A stretch of DNA of 64,000 bases from Acidimicrobiia bacterium (lineage in GTDB: Bacteria; Actinomycetota; Acidimicrobiia; Spongiisociales; ZC4RG35): assembly GCA_965203555.1 (NCBI GenBank), contig CBDBCY010000004.1:128001-192000 (forward strand), given 5' to 3'. The translations under genes were made by a program, and so were the position numbers. Positions 1 to 9,375 of the stretch are shown piece after piece. How positions within the stretch are numbered: the first letter of the stretch is position 1; each line of letters begins with the position of its first letter. The notes under the pieces are model-generated. The model saw nothing but the letters and a program-made list of their open reading frames with translations, searched no databases and was not told the origin of the DNA.

Positions 1-1032
1 CGCGGGGCGGGTCAGTATTTCACCCCTCGAGCTCTCATCTCGGCAATCGTTGATGTGATGCGTCCCGACCCGATGGATCGCATCTGCGACCCGGCCTGCG
101 GGACCGGCGGGTTTTTCCTCGGCGCTTACGAGTCGATCGCAACTCGCTTTCCCTCGCTCGACCCTGACCAACGCAGTCACCTGCGCTCCGGCGCGTTCAC
201 TGGCTGGGAGATCGCCGACTTGCCTGCACGGTTGTGCGCCATGAACCTGTTGCTCCACGGTCTCGCTGGCCCCGATTCCGATTCGCCCATCCATGTGGAC
301 GACGCTCTCCGCGAAGATCCCGGCGAACGGTTCCACATGGTGCTGACCAATCCTCCGTTCGGCCGCTCGTCGTCCGACAGCTATGAGCGCGAGGACTTCT
401 GGGCCACCACCCGCAACAAACAACTGAACTTCGTCCAGCATGTGATCAGTCTGCTCCGAGTCGGGGGCTCGGCGGCAGTGGTCGTGCCCGACAACGTGCT
501 GTTCGAGGCTGGCGCAGGGGAGACCATCCGCCGTCGCTTGCTACACGATTGCGATGTTCACACCTTGCTTCGTCTTCCCACCGGCATCTTCTACGCCCAG
601 GGAGTGAAGGCCAACGTCCTCTTCTTCGACCGCCGCGAAGGCGGCGCCCACGCCTGGACCCGGGAGTTGTGGGTTTACGACCTGCGCACCAACAAACACT
701 TCACGCTCAAGCAGAAACCCCTCACTCGGGCAGACCTCGACGACTTCGTTGCCTGCTACAACCCAGACAACCGCCACCAGCGAGTGGAGAGCGAACGGTT
801 CAAGCGGTACACCCACGACGAGTTGATGGCTCGCGACAAGGTCAGCCTGGACCTCACCTGGCTCCGCGACGAAAGCCTGGAAGACCTCGACAACCTTCCT
901 CACCCCAGCGTGATAGCCCAAGAAATGCTGGAGGAACTGCAGTCGGCCTTGGCCGAACTGACCGCCCTGACCGAGATGCTCGAGGACATCGGGGAAACTT
1001 CGACCCGCGCCGCCGAAGGCAGCGCCGGATGA
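1..1032 (+). CDS. hsdM: Type I restriction-modification methyltransferase subunit (N6-adenine), 5'-truncated by window edge
   Basis: Frame 1 is open from base 1 (RGAGQYFTPR); DPACGTGGF SAM motif I, NPPF catalytic motif and typical HsdM C-terminus (LPTGIFYAQGVKANVLFF, VYDLRTNKHFTLK). Confidence 0.92.
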   Translation, partial: RGAGQYFTPRALISAIVDVMRPDPMDRICDPACGTGGFFLGAYESIATRFPSLDPDQRSHLRSGAFTGWEIADLPARLCAMNLLLHGLAGPDSDSPIHVDDALREDPGERFHMVLTNPPFGRSSSDSYEREDFWATTRNKQLNFVQHVISLLRVGGSAAVVVPDNVLFEAGAGETIRRRLLHDCDVHTLLRLPTGIFYAQGVKANVLFFDRREGGAHAWTRELWVYDLRTNKHFTLKQKPLTRADLDDFVACYNPDNRHQRVESERFKRYTHDELMARDKVSLDLTWLRDESLEDLDNLPHPSVIAQEMLEELQSALAELTALTEMLEDIGETSTRAAEGSAG

Positions 1033-1041
1033 AACCGGAAG

Positions 1042-1063
1042 TGTCACACCCCCCTCTTAAGCT
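1042..1063 (+). promoter_or_regulatory. Putative PafBC/RecA-NDp-like DNA-damage promoter (TGTCAC-N10-TAAGCT)
   Basis: TGTCAC at 1042-1047, 10 nt spacer, TAAGCT at 1058-1063; same geometry as the actinobacterial TGTCRG-N10-TANNNT motif. Confidence 0.5.
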
Positions 1064-1108
1064 CCATAATCGTAAGAGCCAACAGGGAACTGCGGGGAGG
1101 CAAGCGTC

Positions 1109-1870
1109 ATGAGCAATCGATCCGGGATTGAATGGACAGAAACAACCTGGAACCCCACCACCGGTTGTGACCAGGTGTCCATAGGATGTGACAACTGCTA
1201 CGCGCTCTCCTTCGCGAAGCGTCTCAAGGCGATGGGCCAACCCAAGTACCAGAACGACGGCGACCCTCGCACCAGTGGCCCCGGTTTCGGACTCACGCTC
1301 CACCCCAAAGTACTGGATGATCCTTACCGATGGAAGTCGCCCAAGTTCGTGTTTGTCGACTCGATGAGCGACCTGTTTCACCCTGAGGTGCCTATCGATT
1401 TCATCCAACGTGTTTTCGAGGTCATGGCTGACACCTCCCATCACACTTACCAAATACTTACCAAGCGTTCCAAGAGGCTCTCGAAACTCGCGCCCCAGTT
1501 GGACTGGCCTCCAAACGTCTGGATGGGGGTGAGCGTTGAAACCCGCCGCTACACCTTCCGAATCGACCACCTTCGAACTGTCCCCGCAGCGATCCGGTTT
1601 ATCAGCGCCGAACCTCTCCTGGGCCCTCTTCCCAACTTGGATCTCACCGACATCCACTGGTTGATCGCAGGCGGCGAAAGCGGTCTTAACGCTCGACCTA
1701 TGGAAGAAGCATGGGCTCTCGATTTACGGGATCAGTGCGCCGCCGCGGACGTTGCTTTTTTCTTCAAGCAGTGGGGCGGCCGCACTTCCAAGTCGGGAGG
1801 CCGTACCTTAGACGGTCAACTATACGACGCTATGCCTGTACGTGATGCAGCCGTAGCCAAGGCGAGTTAA
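1109..1870 (+). CDS. DUF5131 / phage Gp37-Gp68 family three-Cys (radical-SAM-like) protein
   Basis: IEWTETTWNPTTGCDQVSIGCDNCYA (Cx6Cx2C), FVDSMSDLFH, QILTKR, FISAEPLLG, GGESG and FFFKQWGG family motifs. Confidence 0.9.
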   Translation: MSNRSGIEWTETTWNPTTGCDQVSIGCDNCYALSFAKRLKAMGQPKYQNDGDPRTSGPGFGLTLHPKVLDDPYRWKSPKFVFVDSMSDLFHPEVPIDFIQRVFEVMADTSHHTYQILTKRSKRLSKLAPQLDWPPNVWMGVSVETRRYTFRIDHLRTVPAAIRFISAEPLLGPLPNLDLTDIHWLIAGGESGLNARPMEEAWALDLRDQCAAADVAFFFKQWGGRTSKSGGRTLDGQLYDAMPVRDAAVAKAS

Positions 1871-2854
1871 GTGCGGTATTGGGGATTTTGGACGAGGGGC
1901 AAATTGGACATACTGCGCCGGTATCTGGATGCATTCACCACAACGACGAAATACAAGGCATCCGAAAGAATATATATCGACGCTTTTGCCGGAGAGCCTG
2001 TGAATCGCGATCGACTGACCGGTGAGGATATCGAGGGTTCAGCAGTTATAGCTCTGTCAACGGACAATCCTCCTTTTACCCGCTTGAGATTCTTCGAGAC
2101 TGAAACCAATGCACCTGAACTCGAGCGATCACTACGGGAACGATACCCGGGCCGTGATCTGAAGGTGCTGGGTGGAGACTGTAATGAATTGATTCCTCAA
2201 GAACTCAAGCGACTGCAACGTTTCAACTGGGCTCCTACATTCGCGTTTGTTGATCCTAATGGGCCGCATACTCACTGGTCGACCCTCAAGGCTCTGGCAG
2301 GATTCAAACCCAAAGGATATACCAAGACAGAAGTATGGCTGTTGTTTGCGGCAGGAATGTTCATACGGATGCTGCCGGTCACCGGTGAAGTGCTTGACGA
2401 ACATGCCGAGAAGCTGACAAGGATGTTTGGGAACGAACAGTGGCGTTCCATCTATGTAGCTCGTGTGAAAGGAGGGATTTCACCGAGTGATGCTCGCGAG
2501 GAATATGTGAATCTTATGCGGTGGAGGCTTGAGAAGGACCTTGGCTACAAATGGTCGCATCCATTTGAGGTCTTCAATGAGCAAGGTCATTCCATCTATC
2601 ACATGATCATGGCGACAGATCACCAAGCGGGTACCGACATCATGGCAAACCTCTATGGTAAGGCCGCTGCGGAGTTTCCGGTTATGCGCAGGGAGGCTCT
2701 CCGTCACAGGGAACGGCTTCGCGAACAGGAATTCGGAGTACGTCGGCTGTTTGATGAAGAGGTGATGGTTGCATCGACGGATGGGTATTCCGAGTCGGCG
2801 CCACTGTACAGATACAAGTCTCCTTGGACGCCATACGGAATGGTCGAGCCATGA
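1871..2854 (+). CDS. tcmP: Three-Cys-motif partner protein TcmP (SAM-dependent methyltransferase-like)
   Basis: WTRGKLDILRRYL N-terminus, YIDAFAG, GDCN and FAFVDP motifs; abuts the DUF5131 gene; lower GC than the core genes. Confidence 0.82.
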   Translation: MRYWGFWTRGKLDILRRYLDAFTTTTKYKASERIYIDAFAGEPVNRDRLTGEDIEGSAVIALSTDNPPFTRLRFFETETNAPELERSLRERYPGRDLKVLGGDCNELIPQELKRLQRFNWAPTFAFVDPNGPHTHWSTLKALAGFKPKGYTKTEVWLLFAAGMFIRMLPVTGEVLDEHAEKLTRMFGNEQWRSIYVARVKGGISPSDAREEYVNLMRWRLEKDLGYKWSHPFEVFNEQGHSIYHMIMATDHQAGTDIMANLYGKAAAEFPVMRREALRHRERLREQEFGVRRLFDEEVMVASTDGYSESAPLYRYKSPWTPYGMVEP

Positions 2855-3025
2855 TCGTGCAATGCCAGATTGAGATCGGATGATTTCGTGAAGCCGCCGT
2901 GGTCGGAGTGCGGGAGTGCCCGCAACTGACCGGTGACCGGCTCTGGGCGAAAGGTTGGGCAAATTCAGCCTCCTAAGAGGGCTGAAACAGTGGACTTGGG
3001 GGCGGAAACATATCCATAGTGGGGT

Positions 3026-3628
3026 ATGGGCAGGACGCATTGGGGACTGTCGGCGGTGCTGTTGGCCACGGCGGTGGGGGCTGGGATCTTCTTTGGGATG
3101 TGGCAACCCCGTCCCCCGGAGGTCACCCCGGCGGGTGATGTAGGGGTCGTTTCGCTCGCGCCGGTGGATGTAGAGGAAGCGGTGGGCCAACGGGAGAAGC
3201 ATATCGTCGTGCACGTATCGGGGGCAGTGTTGAATCCGGGGTTGGTGAAAGTCGGCTCGCCGGCCCGGGTGGGAGACGTGATCATGGCGGCCGGAGGGGC
3301 TTTGTCCGATGCTCGGCTGGGAGAGATCAACCTGGCGGCGCCGGTGGTGGATGGCAGTCAGGTGGTGGTACCCGGACTTCGAACCGGACCCCGAATGGGG
3401 GATGGTTGGAATGGGGAGGGTGCGGAGTCCTCTGACCGGATCAGCATCAACCGGGCCACCTCCCAGGAGTTGGAAGCAGTTCCCGGGCTGGGGCCGGTCC
3501 TGGCTGCCAGGATCGTCCAGTATCGGCAGGCCAACGGGCTGTTCCGGGAGGTGGAGGATCTCTTGGACGTGTCCGGTATAGGCGAAAAGAAGCTTGCCGG
3601 CCTTCGGGAATACGTCGTCGTTCCCTGA
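3026..3628 (+). CDS. comEA: Competence DNA-binding protein ComEA (SLBB + HhH)
   Basis: N-terminal TM, VHVSGAV..PG SLBB domain, INRATSQELEAVPGLG...VSGIGEK helix-hairpin-helix. Confidence 0.93.
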   Translation: MGRTHWGLSAVLLATAVGAGIFFGMWQPRPPEVTPAGDVGVVSLAPVDVEEAVGQREKHIVVHVSGAVLNPGLVKVGSPARVGDVIMAAGGALSDARLGEINLAAPVVDGSQVVVPGLRTGPRMGDGWNGEGAESSDRISINRATSQELEAVPGLGPVLAARIVQYRQANGLFREVEDLLDVSGIGEKKLAGLREYVVVP

Positions 3629-5841
3629 TGGAGCCAAATCGAGAGGGATCGAGTTGGCGTCTGGCCCTGCCTGTGTGGCGAGATTCTCGGTTTCTGGCGG
3701 TGGCCGCACTGGTATGGCTCGGCGCACTGGTCGGCAGGCATTGGGAGGGACTGTGGGCCGTCGTCGTCCTTGGGGCGGCGATGCTTATTGTCAGCCGTTC
3801 GGGGATGACCTTGGTGTTGGCGGCCGGGTTGGTGGCCGGCGCTGTGGCGGGGTGGGGGTCGGCGCACCGGGAGGCGGCGATGCTCTCTGTGCCTCTCGTC
3901 GAGGGAGATCTGGCCATTCGAGCCGTGGCTCGCACCGATCCGATGGGGACGGAGGAACACGTCTGGTTGCTGGCTCGACCGCTGGCTTACCGATCGATCG
4001 AGGGTCATGAGTGGAGGAAGTGGCTGGGGCCGGTTATAAGAGTGGATGTATCCGGTGCTGGAGAACTGGCGGCCGGTGAGATCTTCGAAGCGTCCGGTCG
4101 CTTGGCGAGGAAACCGGGACGCTGGGGCGCCGCGGTGTATGCGGCTCGCATGTGGTCCGGGGAACTGGTTCCAGTGGCCAGGTCGCAGGGATGGTTGGTG
4201 GCGACCGGCAACGCGCTGAGGCAAAGAGTGGCGACCAATCTTCGCTCCGGGCCGGCGGATGGGCGAGCGCTGGTCGCCGGGTTTCTGGTGGGGGACACCT
4301 CCGATCTCTCCATCGCTGATACTGCCGACCTGCGGCGGTCCGGTCTCAGTCACTATGTTGCGGTGTCGGGAGGGAACGTGGTCCTCTTTCTCGGCGCCCT
4401 GTGGATACTCTTGTGGCCGATAGCCGGCCGACCGAGGATCCGGGCGCTGGTGGGATTCGTCGCTCTGGGGGTTTTCATAGTGGTGACCCGCTGGGAACCA
4501 TCGGTGGTGCGGGCCGGTCTGTTGGCCGGTCTGGTGTTGGGCGCCCAGGCGATCGGCTTTCCCCTGAGCAGTTGGGCGGCCCTTGGAACGACCGTCACCC
4601 TGGCTCTTCTGGTCTCTGCCGAGTTGGCCCTCAGCGTGGGATTCGCTCTGTCGGTGGCGGCCACCTTGGGGGTGATGGTGGGCATGCGGATCCCCATCAG
4701 GCGCCGGCCCCGCTGGATCTGGCAGACACTGGTCACGGCCCTTGCCGCTCAAGTAGCGGTGGCTCCGGTCCTGTTGTGGTTCTTCGGGTCGATTCCCTTC
4801 CTTTCTCCGGTGGCCAACCTGGTTGCTGGTCCGTTGGTGGCGTTCTCCACCAGCCTGGGAGGGATTGGCGCCCTGACCGGTTGGGATTCCCTGGTTTGGC
4901 TGGCCGCCTGGGCCGCGGAAGGGGTATTGGCGGTGGCCGGGTTTCTGTCACCCTTTCCCCAGTTGGGGTGGCTGGGGGCTGGTGCGGCCTTGGTGGTGGG
5001 CCTTGGGGCTTGGCGATGGAGGGTCGTTCGCCTGCCCTTGCTGGCGGTGAGTGCGATTCTGTTTGTGGCGTTACCGACGTTTCCTGCACTTGTTCCTCTT
5101 GTCGGTGCCCAGAGAGCGGAGGCGCCGGCCGTGGTGTTCCTGGATGTTGGCCAGGGAGACTCCACTCTGGTGCTGGCGGCGGAGGTGACCATGCTGATAG
5201 ACGGAGGTCCCGATCCTGCGAGACTGGCCGAGAAGTTGCGGAACTACCGGGTGCGGGAGGTGGACATAGTTGTGATTACCCATCCGCACGCCGATCATGT
5301 CCGGGGGCTGGAGGCGGTGGTGGGCGCCATGCCGGTGGGAGCGGTGTGGGATGCTTCCCATCCCCACCAAACTCCGGCCTATCGAAGGCTCAGGAAAGAG
5401 ATTGCGGAGGAAGGCATCCCGGTCTATCGACCTCTTCCCGGACAGGTGTTACGGGCCGGGGAGTTGGAAGTGGAGGTGTTGGGGCCGGTGCGCCGGTACA
5501 AGCACATCAACGATCAGTCGATTGTGCTGACGGTCGAGATGGCCGGCACTACTTTTCTGATGGCTGCTGACATCCAGGAGGTGGCTCAAGCCGAATTGGG
5601 GACAGTGGGGCCGGACGTGCTGAAAGTACCTCATCAAGGCGCAGCCACCTCCGATCCTCGGTGGCTGAAGGAGAACGCCGGTCGACTGGCGATCATCAGT
5701 GTGGGCCCCAATGACTATGGTCATCCCGTTCGGTGGGTGGAGGAAGCGCTGGCGGAGGGAGGCGCCCGGGTGGTTCGCACCGATCAGCACGGCGACGTAG
5801 TGGTGAGCTTGCCTATCGAAAACGCTGCGAAGCGGTGGTAG
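3628..5841 (+). CDS. comEC: Competence protein ComEC/Rec2
   Basis: Multi-TM; SGLSHYVAVSGGNV; PSVVRA; C-terminal MBL domain (LDVGQGD, THPHADH, LKVPHQG, NDYGHP). Confidence 0.93.
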   Translation: MEPNREGSSWRLALPVWRDSRFLAVAALVWLGALVGRHWEGLWAVVVLGAAMLIVSRSGMTLVLAAGLVAGAVAGWGSAHREAAMLSVPLVEGDLAIRAVARTDPMGTEEHVWLLARPLAYRSIEGHEWRKWLGPVIRVDVSGAGELAAGEIFEASGRLARKPGRWGAAVYAARMWSGELVPVARSQGWLVATGNALRQRVATNLRSGPADGRALVAGFLVGDTSDLSIADTADLRRSGLSHYVAVSGGNVVLFLGALWILLWPIAGRPRIRALVGFVALGVFIVVTRWEPSVVRAGLLAGLVLGAQAIGFPLSSWAALGTTVTLALLVSAELALSVGFALSVAATLGVMVGMRIPIRRRPRWIWQTLVTALAAQVAVAPVLLWFFGSIPFLSPVANLVAGPLVAFSTSLGGIGALTGWDSLVWLAAWAAEGVLAVAGFLSPFPQLGWLGAGAALVVGLGAWRWRVVRLPLLAVSAILFVALPTFPALVPLVGAQRAEAPAVVFLDVGQGDSTLVLAAEVTMLIDGGPDPARLAEKLRNYRVREVDIVVITHPHADHVRGLEAVVGAMPVGAVWDASHPHQTPAYRRLRKEIAEEGIPVYRPLPGQVLRAGELEVEVLGPVRRYKHINDQSIVLTVEMAGTTFLMAADIQEVAQAELGTVGPDVLKVPHQGAATSDPRWLKENAGRLAIISVGPNDYGHPVRWVEEALAEGGARVVRTDQHGDVVVSLPIENAAKRW

Positions 5842-5894
5842 GCCAAAGCTGAGCATCCATATCTGAACTGCGTTCTCGCCAGGGCCTGTCCCAT

Positions 5895-7091
5895 TTGTCG
5901 TTGCGGGTTGCTAGCGTGAAGGTCGTGAGCGAGGTGCTGGCGGTGGTGATTGCGGATCGGGGAGGTCCGGGGGAGCGGGAGGAGGCACTGGCCAATGCCA
6001 GGCGGCATCTGCGCCGGGCGGGAGTGGAGACCGATCAGGTTGTCAGAATCGACGTGCCGTCGTCGCGGGGTGGGGGAGCAGTCTCATCGGGAGGGCCCGA
6101 CCAGCACGGTGCTTTCCGGGCGGACATAGCCGGGATCGTGCCGCTTCTGCAGTCCTCCAGCCTCTTCGGCCAAAAGCAGGGGTTGTTGCTGGTGGACGCC
6201 AACTTCCTCCTGGCTGCCGAGTGGCGGGCTCTGGTCGAACTGCTTCCCGCCATTGACCCGTCGGCGGTGGCGGTGGCGATGGTCGCTCAGCGGTCGCTTC
6301 CCACCGCCTTGTCGAAGAAGATCAAGGAGATCGGCAAGGTAGAAACCATGCGCCCGCTTTGGGAAAACCAGATCCACGGCTGGCTGATCGGACAGATCAA
6401 AGAGAAAGGTTTGCGGATGGGTTATCAGGCCAGGGCCGCCCTGGTGCAAAGGTTCGGCACGGACCGCTCGGCCTTACGACGCGCCCTGGAGCAGTTGCAG
6501 GGAGAGAACCGTCCTGTCAGCGCCGAGATGATCGTGGAGCGGTTTCGCAACCGTCCCGATCAGCCGGTCTTCCGGATCCTGGATGAGATCGTGGCCGGCA
6601 ACGCCGGCGCCGCTCTCCGCAGGTTGGGAGACTATCTGGCCAACGCCCGTTCTTCCGATGGCCGCCCCCACATTCTGCTGGGCACGCTGGAATCCGACCT
6701 GAGGCTGCGGCTCAAGGCGTCCCAAGCCCGTGACCGAGGGCATTTCGGGGAGATGGAGGAAGCAGGTGTTTTCTCCCGGATGTTGGAGTCGGCCCCCGGT
6801 CCCCTCGATCAGAAGGCGGAGACCAGGCTGCGTTCGACCGCCAAGAGCCGGGTGCGTTCCAGTCGGCGCCGACTCGACAGGATCTGGGCTCAAAGAAAGC
6901 CTTTCAACTCGGTCAGCAGGAGTGAACAGGTACGAGCGGCCCATCAGGCACTGTCGTTGGTGGTGAGTGCCGACCGCACCCTGAAACTCTTTCCCGCCCC
7001 GCTTCACCAAGCTGTTCTGGAACGGACCGTCACCGAGTTGAGCGCTGCGTACCGGGGCTTTGCCACCGTGGCCCGCAGAGGGAGACGATAG
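5895..7091 (+). CDS. holA: DNA polymerase III delta subunit (divergent; start may be GTG 5916/5925)
   Basis: SSSLFG motif; conserved comEC-holA-rpsT synteny. Confidence 0.7.
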   Translation: MSLRVASVKVVSEVLAVVIADRGGPGEREEALANARRHLRRAGVETDQVVRIDVPSSRGGGAVSSGGPDQHGAFRADIAGIVPLLQSSSLFGQKQGLLLVDANFLLAAEWRALVELLPAIDPSAVAVAMVAQRSLPTALSKKIKEIGKVETMRPLWENQIHGWLIGQIKEKGLRMGYQARAALVQRFGTDRSALRRALEQLQGENRPVSAEMIVERFRNRPDQPVFRILDEIVAGNAGAALRRLGDYLANARSSDGRPHILLGTLESDLRLRLKASQARDRGHFGEMEEAGVFSRMLESAPGPLDQKAETRLRSTAKSRVRSSRRRLDRIWAQRKPFNSVSRSEQVRAAHQALSLVVSADRTLKLFPAPLHQAVLERTVTELSAAYRGFATVARRGRR

Positions 7092-7119
7092 AGTAACTCG
7101 GCCTCGAAGTTGTCCTGGT

Positions 7120-7380
7120 CTATCGGACCGAATCGGTTTCCCGGAAGAGTCGAGACTTGAGACGGGCGGCCTTGTTGGCGTGTATCACACCCTTGGAACA
7201 AGCCGAATCGATGCGTTTTTGCGCCAGACGCACCTTCAACTCGGCCTCTGGATCGCCGGATCGGGCGGCTTCAACCGCCGTTTTGATGCGCGTCTTCATC
7301 TCCGACCGGACGCTCTTGTTCGCCATGCGACGACGCTCGTTCTGGCGATTTCGCTTCTCTTGCGACTTGATGTTGGCCAT
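7120..7380 (-). CDS. rpsT: 30S ribosomal protein S20
   Basis: MANIKSQEKRNRQNERRR...KGVIHANKAARLKSRL. Confidence 0.97.
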   Translation of the reverse strand: MANIKSQEKRNRQNERRRMANKSVRSEMKTRIKTAVEAARSGDPEAELKVRLAQKRIDSACSKGVIHANKAARLKSRLFRETDSVR

Positions 7381-7715
7381 AGGCTGTACGAACTTTCGGG
7401 GATATCGTGTGCTTGCTGGAGGACCCTCCCGCCCGATCAGCCATTCTACCTGATTCAGGCAGCGATCCCAATTCGAAGAGGGCAGTCATCAGCCGGTGGC
7501 TGAAGCGAGCATCGTCTTGAGCGGTGCTAGGGCGTATTTTATGCTGGATGGGGTTGGGGATGAGGGCGGGGGTGATGAGAGGAATCTCAACTGACCGGAG
7601 GCCGCTTCTGTCACCAAGCGCCCGGTGGGTCGGGTGTCTTGCGGCAACCGTTTGGTGGACTCTTGCGAAAAAATGTAGTGTTTGTTTTCACAACTTAGTG
7701 ATATGCGGGATGTTT

Positions 7716-7737
7716 TGTCACACCCCTTTTGCATACT
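7716..7737 (+). promoter_or_regulatory. Putative PafBC-like leaderless promoter (TGTCAC-N10-CATACT)
   Basis: TGTCACACCCC is shared with 1042; -10-like hexamer ends 6 nt before ATG 7744. Confidence 0.45.
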
Positions 7738-7743
7738 GTAAGC

Positions 7744-8979
7744 ATGAAACAAGCAGTCGAGAGTCGGCGGTCCGCCAACCTGGCCAAGTTGCTGGCGCCC
7801 AGCATGCCGGTCGTAGATGCTACTTCCGAGCAGTTGCGGCAGCGTATACAGTCCACCATCCGCGTCCAGAACCAAGTGGCGGCGGTCCGCGCCCAGGCGG
7901 TGTCGGAGTTGCGCCGCCGGCAGGGGGCGGAGAAGGTGGAGACGATTTTGCGGGAGGACGGTTTGTTGGGCCGTCGGAAGGCCCGGTCTGAGGTGGAGAC
8001 CGCTAAAGAATTGGAGGAGCTGCCCAAGACGAGGGAGGGTTTCCAAAAGGGAGAGATCTCTGCTGACAACGCGCGTATTTTGGCGGGCGCCAATCAGAGG
8101 GGAACCATCGTCGAGGACGAATTGTTGGACGGTGCCCGTTCCCAGTCTCCTGACAAGTTCGCGGCTACGGTACGCAAACACGAACAGGCCTGTGCCCAAG
8201 ATGATGGTGTGTCGAAGTTGGAGCATCAGCGTTCCCGGCGGTTCGCCAAGCTCACCACCGACCAGGACGACGGGATGACCGTGTTGTATGGGCGTTTCGA
8301 CCCGGTCACGGGTGCCCGGGTCGAGACAGCGGTGTCTCACATGATGAAACAACTATGGCACAAAGAAGACCCCACCGATCGGGCTACTGCGGGTCAGCGG
8401 ATGGCCGACGCCATAGCCGAACTGGTCACCCGCCAAGGAAAAGACAAGCCCGGTTCCCAGGGCGTGAGGTTGTTGTTGATCGCCGACTACGACACGGTCA
8501 GCCAACAGTTGGGCAACCCTCGCCTGGAGAACGGAACCCCCCTCCCCGCCAATACGCTACGACAGTTGGCCTGTGACGCTCAGATCCTCCCCGCGATCTT
8601 TTCGGGTTCGTCGGTGCCGTTGGATTTGGGTCGGGCCCGGCGAACGGCCAGTGGTTCCCAGCGGGCTGCGCTGGTCGCCCGTGACAAACACTGTGTGGGT
8701 TGCGGCGCCAAGGCCTCCTGGTGTCAGGCGCACCACATCGTCCACTGGCAAGACGGGGGTCCCACCAACCTGGACAACATGTGTCTTTTGTGCAGCAGAT
8801 GCCACCACAAAGTCCACGACCAGGATTGGACAGTACACAAAACCTCCACCGGCACATACACCCTCCGCCGCCCATCAAGCACCGACTGGCGACCACGGCA
8901 CCGTACCCCCAACCGCTACCGCCCCCCACCCACGCACCGCCGATCCACGCGCCGACGCCCGATCAAACAGAGGAAATGA
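7744..8979 (+). CDS. DUF222 domain HNH endonuclease
   Basis: LACDAQILP..PLDLGRARR..QRAALVARD..CVGC..CQAHHIVHWQDGGPTNLDNMCLLCSRCHHKVH; ATG 7744 preferred over TTG 7729. Confidence 0.9.
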   Translation: MKQAVESRRSANLAKLLAPSMPVVDATSEQLRQRIQSTIRVQNQVAAVRAQAVSELRRRQGAEKVETILREDGLLGRRKARSEVETAKELEELPKTREGFQKGEISADNARILAGANQRGTIVEDELLDGARSQSPDKFAATVRKHEQACAQDDGVSKLEHQRSRRFAKLTTDQDDGMTVLYGRFDPVTGARVETAVSHMMKQLWHKEDPTDRATAGQRMADAIAELVTRQGKDKPGSQGVRLLLIADYDTVSQQLGNPRLENGTPLPANTLRQLACDAQILPAIFSGSSVPLDLGRARRTASGSQRAALVARDKHCVGCGAKASWCQAHHIVHWQDGGPTNLDNMCLLCSRCHHKVHDQDWTVHKTSTGTYTLRRPSSTDWRPRHRTPNRYRPPPTHRRSTRRRPIKQRK

Positions 8980-9375
8980 CCGAACCCGCGTCCTGTCTCC
9001 ATGGTTCCTGCCAGCCCGTTTTTGCCACTCTTGATCCACGCCCATCCCCAATAGGGGTTTCTGGAAGCACTCTGAACACCAGACTCAACACCCCCTCGCT
9101 ATCTGCCCGCCGGATCAAACGCGCATAAACAGCGCGCCACCGCCCGGACGGCAACCTCCGCAACCTACCGCCATACTCCCGCCACCTGCCAAACAGCGTT
9201 CAACACCTTTACAGATTCGACAGGCCTGCCCATGCACCCTGAGACCGCAAAAGAGCAAACCGCTACCCTAATCGAACTCCCCGAAAGCAGGGCTGGTCGA
9301 TCACCGGGGCGCCGATCACTCCTGGTAGGTAAACTAACTGCCTGACCATTTCCTCTCACCCAGGTTGCGCACAGC

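Larger units (their letters stand above)
7500..9330 (+). mobile_element. DUF222-HNH (REP13E12-like) element inserted between divergent rpsT and lepA; boundaries approximate
   Basis: Interrupts the rpsT/lepA neighbourhood; G/T-rich 5' flank and A/C-rich 3' flank; no clear TIR or TSD found. Confidence 0.5.
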
